DNA of 64,000 nucleotides from Octopus sinensis (taxonomy: Eukaryota). The position numbers and the translations under genes are program-made. The notes beneath the pieces are model-generated. The model was not told the origin of the DNA and searched no databases. It was given only the letters and a program-made list of their open reading frames with translations. Shown here in pieces: positions 53,734-64,000 of the stretch. The DNA lies in the NCBI RefSeq assembly GCF_006345805.1, contig NC_042999.1, positions 99,634,001 to 99,698,000 of the forward strand, read 5' to 3'. How positions within the stretch are numbered: position 1 is the stretch's first letter; the number at the start of each line of letters is the position of its first letter.

Positions 53734-54120
53734 CGACAGGCTTCTTTCAGTTTCCGTCTACCAAATCCACTCACAAGGCATTGATCGGCCTGGAGCTATA
53801 GCAGAAGACACTTGCCCAAGATGCCACGCAGTGGGACTGAACCCCGAACCATGTGGTTGGTAAGCAAGCTACTTACCACACAGCCACTCTTGCGCCTCTA
53901 TGTATGTTCTTTTATACTTTTACTTGTTCCAGTCATTCTGACTGCGGCCAGGCTAGAGCACCACTTTAAAGGGCTGTTTCTGTAGTCGAAGCAATTGACC
54001 AACCGGACTTATTCTTTGTAAGCCTAGTACTTATTTTACCGAACCGCTAGGCTACGGTACGTAAAAACACCGACATCTGTTGTCAAGCGGTGGTGGGGGA
54101 ACACAGACACAAAGTCACAC
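53379..54120 (-). mobile_element. SINE family A (53379-53896, expanded internal (TA)n) plus an adjacent partial copy (53905-54120)
   Basis: Reverse complement of the 30057 family. Confidence 0.88.
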
Positions 54121-54388
54121 ACATATATGTCCGTTTGTCTGTCTGTGTGTGGGCGCGCATGTATATATATCTTTATATATACTAGGGTGACAGAGAAGTC
54201 AGGTCGTACATGTAATAAACCAAACTCAGATATTGATGGGTTCCGTCAATTGTTCACGACGCAGTGGGAACAGCGACATTATATATATATATATATATAA
54301 CATTATTACTGCTGTGATTTTTGCTACTAAGGTATCGGTTAAACTGTTGATTAATCTACTACAAGATTATTCATCTTTCTATTTCACA

Positions 54389-54431
<43 letters not shown>

Positions 54432-54521
54432 TATATGTGTGTGTGGTGTGTGTGTGTGTGTGTGTGTGTTTGTGGGTGTGTGTTGTGTGTCTGTGTGTGT
54501 GTCTGTATCAAATGAAATAGT

Positions 54522-54891
54522 GGAGGCCCAGTGGTTAGGGCAGCGGACTCGCAGTCATAGGATCGCAGTTTCGATTCCCAGACCGGGCGTTGTGAGTGTT
54601 TATTGAGCGAAAACACCTAACGCTCCACGAGGCTCCGGCAGGGGATGGTGGTGATCCCTGCTGTACTCTTTCACCACAACTTTCTCTCACTCTTACTTCC
54701 TGTTTCTGTTGTACCTGTATTTCAAAGGGCCGGCCTTGTCACTCTCTGTGTCACGCTGAATATCCCCGAGAACTACGTTAAAGGTACACGTGTCTGTGGA
54801 GTGCTCAGCCACTTACACGTTAATTTCACGAGCAGGCTGTTCCGTTGATTCGTATCAACCGGAACCCTCGTCGTCGTAACCGACGGAGTGC
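54522..54891 (+). mobile_element. Complete SINE family B
   Basis: gcccagtggttagggcagcggactcgc...TTTCGATTCC...ends accctcgtcgtcgtaaccgacggagtgc. Confidence 0.88.
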
Positions 54892-55302
54892 TTCCAAAAA
54901 AAAAAAAAATCAAATGAAATAAATGAAAAACAGGACACAAAGGATGTCGCGGTACATATATTTCGAGCTTTATAGAACAACTTATTCTTACATCAATGCA
55001 TAATCGACGTAACAGATAGTTCAAAAGCCCTCTTCAGCCGCATGCAATTGCTATACCAAAGACTTGTATCACATTATGACATTCTTTGTGTCCTGTTTTC
55101 ATTTATTTAATTTGATATGTATATATGTGTATATATGTATATGTATATATAAATATATATGTATGTGTATATATATGTATGTATACATATATGTGTGTGT
55201 GTATATATATGTATATATGTGTATTATGTGTATATATAAATATATATGTATGTTTGTATATATATATATGTGTGTGTGTGTACATGTATGTATATATATA
55301 AA

Positions 55303-55620
55303 GACTCCGCCGGTTACGACGACGAGGGTCCCAGCTGATACGATCAACGGAACAGCTTGCTCGTGAAATTAACGTGCAAATGGCTCAGCATTCCACAGAC
55401 ACGTGTACCCTTAATGTAGTTCTCGGGGATAATCAGCGTGACACAGAGAGTGACAAGGATGACCCTTTGAAATACAAGTACAACTCATTTTTGCCAGCTG
55501 AGTGGACTGGAGCAACGTGAAATAAAGTGTCTTGCTCAAGGACACAACGCGTCGCCGGAAATCGAACTCACAACCTTACGATCATGAGCCGAATGCCCTA
55601 ACCACTAAGCCACGCGCCCT
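55303..55620 (-). mobile_element. Hybrid SINE: family D head/core with family B 3' tail
   Basis: 55490-55620 matches 20735-20870; 55303-55480 matches 54705-54891. Confidence 0.82.
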
Positions 55621-56631
55621 CACATGTATATATATACAGAGGGAAAGACAGAGATAGATAGATAGATACATACATAGGTGTGTGTGTCTGTGTTTGTGTG
55701 TGCATGTGTGTGTGTGTACACCCACACAAACACATACACGGACACATATACATACATACAAAAAAAATATATATATATATATATACACGAAGACAAGAAG
55801 AAATCTTGCGAAACAGAGTTTATTTTAACGTGATACGTCTTGAAATCACCCGACGAGACACATTTACACCGAGGAATACACAAAAACCTCGAGGGATTGA
55901 TGCTAGATGGGTCGAAACAATTGTAGTGATTAATAACGTTTCTCCTATCCTTCATCCTCCACCTCTCTCAATAATCACATATATCTACACATGTATGTAC
56001 ATAAATAGATGTATGTATATATGTATGTATGTATGTATGTATCTATGTATGTATCTATGTATGTATGCACATATGTATGTTAGTATATAAGTATGTATGT
56101 GTGTATGTATGTATTTATGTATGTATACACACGTATGTTCACATACACATATGCACGTCGAACAATTCTTGTGTTTAGTGGCCAAATAAAGAGACATTTG
56201 GTGATCATGTTATTTAATAAGAAACATTATATCTGCATAGATTTATTATTTCAATCTCAACGTATTCGCGCTTTGTTTTACATCTTGCGGTTGTAATTTC
56301 AATCGATCTATTCAAATCAAAACTGAAATTTTAATTGTATGTTCCGTAAAGAATTTTTATTCATATTGTTGCTTGGCACCAGCTGAAACAAGCTCGAGTC
56401 GGCATGAAAGTCGTTCCACTACTCGTTTGATGTCTAGTTTTTATTTCCTTGTGAAGGTAGCAGCTTGTGATCTGAGGAAATGGTTCACTGCTATACGTAA
56501 TTGGTTTGCCTGATTTACAAGGAATCATAGATATATTATACACAATTGTTATCATCATCTTTTAATTTCTGGACAGACAACTGAGCCAAACATAACTATT
56601 ATCCGAAACTGTTAAGACTGTTCACGATATA

Positions 56632-57311
56632 CAGGGTGGGGCAGAGAGGACGTAGGTTTTCGAAAAATTCACAAAATCATTAATTTTAGCTGCAAACAAA
56701 TTTTATTGATATCAATATCAATGTGTTTGTATTTAATTAGCAAGTGTGGAAACAACATCCAGCACGTGGTGTCCGTTTTCATTGATGTATTTCTGAAGGC
56801 GTTCTTGGAAGTTAGCCTCCATTCTCTCCAAGATTGCTCTGTCGATTTGGGCGACTTCCACGCGAATAGCTGCTTTCAAATCGTCCAGTCTGCGTACACA
56901 CGTGCCTTGAGGTTTCTCCACAAGAAATAATCACACATGGATAAATCAATGGACTGAGGGGGCCAAAGAATGTCAGCAAACTTGAAAATGAGGCGGTCAC
57001 CGCAGAGAGGGCAAAGAACGCCCATTGATATTCTGGCTGTGTGGACCGTCGCTCCATCCTGCTGAAACCTCACGTCGAATAGGCATACGTTTACGTCGTA
57101 ATTCAGGCACAAAGAAGTTGTTTATCATCTCGATGTAACACTCGGAGTTCCCAGTAGCAGAATTTCCATTATTGTCTTCAAAAAAGTAAGGACCAATGAC
57201 GGTGGCTTTTCGAACAGCACACCAGACCGTCACTTTTGGGCTGTGTAGTGGACTTTCGTGCAGTTCTCTCGGATTTTCAAGATCAATAACGCTAAGTATT
57301 TCACTCTGCAT
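56632..57311 (-). mobile_element. Tc1/mariner (maT/rosa-like) 3' half
   Basis: TA|CAGGGTG terminus; VTVWCAV...IGPYFFED, FQQDGATVHT, WPPQSIDLSMCDYFLW motifs. Confidence 0.85.
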
Positions 57312-57329
57312 GCTAACGATTCTCCCAGT

Positions 57330-57565
57330 CAGCTACTTTAATAATCCTTTCTACTAAAGACACAAGGCCTGATATTTAAAGGGAGGGAACTCGTCAATTA
57401 CATCGACCCAGTGTTTCATTGGTATTTATTTCATCGACACCGGAAGGATCAAAAGCAAAATCGACTTCGGTGTAATTTGAACTCTGAACATACGCACGGA
57501 CGAAATGCCGCTAAGCATATTGTCTGACGTGCTAACGATAAAGCCAGCCCACCGCTTGAATAATA
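57330..57565 (-). mobile_element. SINE family C
   Basis: Family C sequence on the minus strand, including gaactctgaacatacgcacggacgaaatgccgctaagc. Confidence 0.8.
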
Positions 57566-57577
57566 ATAATTATTATT

Positions 57578-57612
<35 letters not shown>

Positions 57613-57620
57613 TGGTGATA

Positions 57621-57680
<60 letters not shown>

Positions 57681-57684
<4 letters not shown>

Positions 57685-58517
57685 GGACTAAACTAAACGC
57701 AAAAGAAATAGACAAAGAAAAATCCCAGCAATGGTTGAGAAGCTCAGGACTCAAAGCAGAAACATAGGGATTTTTAATTGCAGCACAAGACCAAAGCCTC
57801 CCCACCAGAAATTACCAAAAACATGTAATGAAAAGAAATATTACAAGTAACTGCAGAATATGTGGAGATGGACAAGAAACAATAAATCATATTATCTCTA
57901 GCTGCCCAGTCCTGGCCAAGAAGGAATATATTCACAGACATGACAGAGTTGGAACCTACATACATTGGAAGCTATGCCAACATTATGGAATAACAACAGA
58001 AAAAAGATGGTATAGGCACACACCAGAAAAGGTCACAGAAAACGAGAAAGCAACCATACTCTGGGATATGCCGATACACACAGATAGAGAAATTAAGGCC
58101 ACAGACCAGATATAGTTGTCAGAGATCATGAAGAAAAAAAATGCTTTCTAATTGATGTATCAATACCGGCTGATGACAACGTGCCTCTAAAAGAAATGGA
58201 GAAACTCTCAAAATACAAAGACCTGGAAATAGAGGTAACTAGAATGTGGAATCTGAAAACAGAAACAATTCCTATCATAGTAGGTGCATTAGGCATGATA
58301 AAAAAATATTCAGACAAATACATAACAAAAACACCAGGACTTACAAACACATATAACATACAGAAAATTGCACTACTAGGCACTGCACACATCCTACGCA
58401 GAACACTTTCCATACAATAACCATCAGAGCATAACAACAAATCACAGCACACACCCAAGGCACACAGAGCTGCGCTCGGTAGTGAAGTGAAAGCACACTA
58501 TAAAAATAAAGCTACTG
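57681..58517 (+). mobile_element. 5'-truncated R4/Dong LINE flanked on both sides by (AAT)n
   Basis: WLRSSGLKAET, AAQDQSLPTRNY, CRIC-x8-HIISSC, RHD, KLSKYKDLEIE, GTAHILRRTLS motifs. Confidence 0.93.
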
Positions 58518-58599
58518 AATAATAATAATAATAATAATAATGATAATAATAATAACAACAATAACAACAACAACAGCAATAATAATGATGATGATTTCA

Positions 58600-58800
58600 A
58601 ATTTTTGCCTCAAAGGTAGCTCGGGGGAAGGGACAAAGTCGATTTCATCGACCACAGTGTTTCACTGGTACTTACTTTATCGACCCCGATGGATGGAAAC
58701 TAAAGTCGACCTCGGCAGAACTCAGAAAGGTAGCGACGTGTGAAATACCGCTAATGATTCCATCTAGTGTGCTAACGATTCTACTGGCTCGTCATCTTAA
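58600..58800 (-). mobile_element. SINE family C, followed by (GAA)n
   Basis: gtcgatttcatcgacc...aaagtcgacctcggcagaactcaga...gctaacgattctactggctcgtc. Confidence 0.72.
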
Positions 58801-60949
58801 GAAGAAGAAGAAGAAAAAAAAAAGAAGAAGAAGAAGAAGAAGAAGAAAAGAAGAAGAAGAAGAAGAAGAAGAAGAAGAAGAAGAAGAAGAAGAAGAAGAA
58901 GAAGAAGATAATAATTATTTGTAGCTTTGGTACACTCCTATAAATTTTGGACAAAAGAAGATGATTAATTTCAGCATCAATACCTTAGATGCAAATTTTG
59001 TCTATATCGGTCTGTTAGTGGATGTACATTTCTAAATGGTTTCCAAAACAGCGTTTACTATCTCTTCCACTCCATTGCTGTGGAAATACACTGAATAACC
59101 TTTATCTTAAAACTGACGATCAAAGAAACAAATACATGTTTTACGACAAACGTAATTCAGAATATTAATAATTCTTCCAACACTAAACGTAAAAAGGAAA
59201 ATTATAAATAACACGTTCTAATGGCAACCTACATTAGATATCATTGAAATTATTGGGAAATAAATGGTAATGATGTGACGTACAACAATAATATAGTACA
59301 CAGGATTGGCTATAAAAACAAAACTTCATCAGCTTACAAGTTGAATTCTTAAGGTTTATCATATTTATTAGAAATACATGAAAATCATTAATCAACAAAC
59401 ACGAAGGGACTGTAAAACCCTGCCGGGTAGAGCAATGTATAGCTCTAATATATTATGCAAATTCAAGGAATGTGGATTTACAGAATCGATAGAATGACGT
59501 TTCAAATAACTTACGATCTTTAGAATTCTGGCAGGAACTTCTTTTCTTTTCATTTTTTCCTTCTCATTTACGGGAACGATCTAATCGAATATAACCAATC
59601 CCACATATTTAAGATCTTATAACTATGTTACAAATCGTTTATTACATGTATGTATGTATGTATGTATATATGTATGTATGTATGTATGTATGTGTGTGTG
59701 TGTGTATGCATGTATGTATGCATGCATAATGTATGTAAGTATGAGGATAAGGTTAAGCCTGGAAACATGGCTCTATATTCAGATTAAGAACTTACGAAGG
59801 TTGATCCGTCAACCCCTTTACCATTTTTAAGCCAACAATGACGAAATACACGAACGAATGCGTATACGTTCTATTTTTACTTACTTAACGAAGTAAAATA
59901 TCCATCACCATCATACCCAATACAGAATCCATACTTTTTTTCTGCTGCTAAAACCAAATCTGTCGCATACATTGTATTTCGAACTTCCATCAATTCTTCT
60001 ATTTTTTGCTTTAAATGGTAAACGTTTTTAATTGCAGTTCTATACACGTGGTGACAGTGATATCTCCCGAAAGAACGGCTTTCGAGAGAATAAGATTCCC
60101 GGATTCTACGTAACCATAATCGACCAACTAAAGCCTTATAAATTCTGTATTAAGGTCCTGTCATACATTAAAAATCCAGTGTGGAACTGCACCATTCTGC
60201 AGTAGAGTAATCCTCGAATATTCTGTTCCTTTTCCCGTCTGCTACTAAATCATTTTAAGGAATTCCAGGCTGGAATCATTTAATAAATATGTATCAAAAA
60301 TAGGTTACAGCATTGTACAGTCTAAACACTAATATTCCGTAGCTAAAAGAAACATCCAAGTGTTTCATGAAGGCTTCTTTGACCCAATAGCGTACCCTTA
60401 ACATAAAATATAGCTACAATTTGAGACAAAAAATAACAACAAATATTAGGTAATGTAGTTCTACTGCTATCAATACACTATGGCTCATTTGTATCAAAAT
60501 TTACGGTTCTGATATCTACGCATTGTGATGGATACATTTTTTTCATGTTACAAACAAACGCACGTACACATATATTAATCTTGTCGCCATCTTAATACAC
60601 CTTCCATGAGAATACTGTCGCACATGACGCAATTAACTTATAACAGATCTATAATATTTTCTATCGATACAGATATATACTATCCAACGCCATCACAAGT
60701 AGTATGATTTACGCATCAGCACTTCTATGTACTTTCCTCATCAATAAAGGCATCTATATCTTTACATCCGTGTCAATTCTACTACAAATGAATCTATGAA
60801 AAGTCCATCACTAGAAGTTTCGGTTGAGTTATTTGGAATCTATTTTCATAGATCTTCATGCCCCCTGTTAATGCAAATATACATTCTCCCTTCGCCACAC
60901 ACATATATACTAACATCCAGCACACACACATACACGCGTCTACCTACCT

Positions 60950-60989
<40 letters not shown>

Positions 60990-61299
60990 TGTTTCAGATT
61001 TGTATGAATGTGTATAGAATAGTACATCAGTTGAATAAGTTAAAACATGATCTGGTTTTCATGTTTTTTATTATCGTATTCTAACATAAAAAAAAATATT
61101 TTGTAAAGCTCATAATGTAAAATTAGCGCTTTCATACATAGTGTAATCATCAAATTTCAAAGGAGTTTCCCTGACAGTTGAGTTCTTGACAACTTTAGTA
61201 CCTCTTAGCACGCTCCAACCAGCTGAATTTACAGAATACCTTTTTGACCAATCCACATGCAACTTAAATATCACGGTTTGCTAGGCGTACCGATATTCA

Positions 61300-61610
61300 A
61301 CAGCTTGTTGATGTTTATATCCTAGATATGTTTTTTATTGCTGTTATTTTCGTCCAGAACAAGTTTGAAATTCTAATAAACCATTTTTCTTTTATCTTTC
61401 TTCCAACCTCTCTTGTGTCATGTAGTTTGTGGAAAGGAAAAATTGAAAACGTTTTCTGACCACATGTCTCTATATGTTCGCTCAAGGAAACTTGGGGGAC
61501 AATAGGTGCTCCGGATTTGTTGTCTATGGACTCGTGAGCGTTTCGATAACGCATTCCCTGTGTCGCATATATATAATTCCTCGCAATTCGGGCATTGAAT
61601 GCAGTAAATC
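61300..61610 (-). mobile_element. Penelope-like GIY-YIG fragment
   Basis: MDCKSRNLIYCIQCPNCEELYI...RVHRQQIR, then SLSEHIETCG...FSIFPFHKL. Confidence 0.8.
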
Positions 61611-61921
61611 AAATTTCTGCTTTTGCAGTCCATATCTGCATTTGCAAATATCTGTCCATTTTTTTGTTCTAATGGATCTACTCGTATGTATGTATTGCAC
61701 GTTACACATCTGTTATCATTACACTTAGACTGTGAATGCTTTATCTTGTTTGTTCATGTTGAATTCTGCCTTTGTTAATAGTTAGACACATTTGAATTCT
61801 TAAATATGATGAATACTCTATGTATGAATGCGCTAATTTAAATTTATGAGCGTTGCATAAGACGAAAACAAAAGACGAAGACAGGTGGTGTAGACAACAA
61901 ACCGATGTATTATTACATGTG

Positions 61922-61991
<70 letters not shown>

Positions 61992-62146
61992 TACACACAT
62001 ATATATATATATATACATATATACATATATTATATATAAATATATATATATATAGAGAGAGAGAGAGAGGGGGGCATGCACGCACGCACACACACACACA
62101 CACAAGTCTGATGTATGCGGGTATACTTTCATTATACAGTTATAAC

Positions 62147-62345
62147 TAAGGTGGAGAGATGATATAATAGTTGGGTAAAAGCCTCCAGCATTTCTTCCAA
62201 CTATGTTCTGAGTTCAAAACCCGCTGGAATCAACTTTGCCTTTAGGCCCTGAGGAGATGACGAAATAAATTACGAATCAAATACTGGTATTGATGTGGTC
62301 GACTATGCCCTCCTCTCGAAACTTTCTTGTGTCTAAACCAGAAGT
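62147..62345 (+). mobile_element. Degenerate SINE family C
   Basis: gttctgagttcaaaacccgctggaatcaactttgcctttagg...gtcgactatgccc. Confidence 0.6.
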
Positions 62346-62357
62346 CATAGTTACAGT

Positions 62358-62388
<31 letters not shown>

Positions 62389-62395
62389 ATATATA

Positions 62396-62436
<41 letters not shown>

Positions 62437-63697
62437 CAGTTATTACCGATGCAGAGATTATGTGAACATCATAATGAACTGCAGTATGTTCCTTATATTA
62501 TTAATAAATAGGTTTCCTGTGTCATCATGCATGCACTCTGAAATATAAAAAAATAACGGTATCTTGCTAAAGAAATATGTTTTGCTAATCAGGAAATGTT
62601 GGAAAATGTAATTGACTAAGACCACAAATTCTGTCTATGAATAACACGAGTGTAGCATTGTAGGATCTTCGACATGATCGCCCAATTTGCTTGAGATATC
62701 AGCCATATTTTAGTAAAATCCCATCCTATTACTTTAAAAAGGAACAAAACAATGAATGGTTTAGTCCTAAATATACTAGTGCTGAAAACTAAGATGGCTT
62801 TGCCATGGCTGGAAAGCCTTTTGTCAGGGGTCTGTTTATCTGGGTCTAATAAGGAACAACAGCGTTAATTTCTTTCAAAAATTAACACTGTCATAATGTA
62901 TTTATCACTAACAATACTATATTTCACCTAATCAACCACAGAATTATGGCTTTCCTCCTTATAATGGAGATGTTTGCTGTTATACGTAAACTCTCCACTA
63001 AGAACACTGACGTGCTAATTCCTTCTTAGCACGCACTAAAATATCTCTGACCATCAGCGAGATATTGGCTTTGTACACCAAAAAGATATATATTTTGTCC
63101 AGCACTATTTTATCAACGATATCCACTCCACCAACACATATGTCCAGTCTACAATCAAAAAAATACGTTCTGCTCAGCATTGTCAACGATAATCGTACCA
63201 CTAAACTTACCGATCTCTTATATATATATATATATATATATATTCTTTTTGCTAATTTGTTTACAAAGTGGAATATCCTAGTTTGCTTTGAGGAAGTGGA
63301 AATGTATGACTTTTTGGGTTCTGACTCAGACTATCACGAGTTTCTTCGGCAATAATTTTGCTGAGATCAACATATATCTGCCGTGCAATTTTGGTATTTC
63401 TTTACTTTTTTCAGTCATTAGACAGTGGCTATGCTGGCAAAACGTTTGGAAAAATATATCAAAACTACTTTACGTATAGATATGTTCCGTTTATTTTAAA
63501 TCACGCTATATCTAGTCCATTATCACAAGTATGTACTAGAATATAATCTGTAGTCCGAGGTGTTTTCTCATCATTGTGAATAAAATCATAGTGAATAAAT
63601 ATCCATCAATCGACCCATCCATCCAGTCATCCATCCATCCGGTCTTCCATCCATCCATCCATCCATCCATCCATCCATCCATCCATCCATACATACA

Positions 63698-63731
<34 letters not shown>

Positions 63732-64000
63732 AGCACATATACTCTTAGAGTCTGTCTATCTGTCTCTGTCTTTCTCTCCTCTCTTTCTTTCTCTTTGTCT
63801 CTCTCTTTCCTTCCCCCTCTCTCAAATGCTCATATATTTTTAATATAAAAATTAGTTAAAGAGTGACCACTGGTATGAATTGGAACGAGAAAGACAAATA
63901 AAAGTATATCAAATACTATGTAAGTCTTTCATTTGGAATGAGTTTTTTTCTCACAGCATTATTTGACGTATTTCCATTCGGCAACCTGAGTTAAGCAGCT

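Overview
Very AT-rich, microsatellite-dense eukaryotic DNA. The repeat repertoire (four recurrent tRNA-headed SINE families, R4/Dong LINEs in (AAT)n, Penelope-like elements, mariner/Tc1, long (TA)n/(CATA)n/(GATA)n tracts) looks like an octopus genome; this is inference, no database search was run. No host gene is securely identified, only weak orphan exon candidates at 21.9 and 59.5 kb, so the window is probably intergenic or intronic. Most listed ORFs are microsatellite artefacts or TE pseudogene fragments. The main signal is a set of hammerhead-ribozyme (HHR)-bearing retroelements inserted as head-to-head fold-back dimers. (1) A tRNA-head/(AAT)n/HHR element forms an inverted dimer (1092-7599) that splits one SINE with a ~12-bp target duplication, and both arms were later invaded by R4/Dong LINEs. 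(2) A Penelope-type terminus family (24.2-29.5 kb) carries a minimal HHR with a compensatory U3:A8 core, and one fold-back apex sits on the ribozyme's palindromic stem III. (3) A Penelope ORF carries an in-frame Ser/Asn-rich segment of ~160 aa where the RT-endonuclease linker should be. SINE family letters A-D are my own labels for this window. TE boundaries are approximate unless TIR/TSD coordinates are given.
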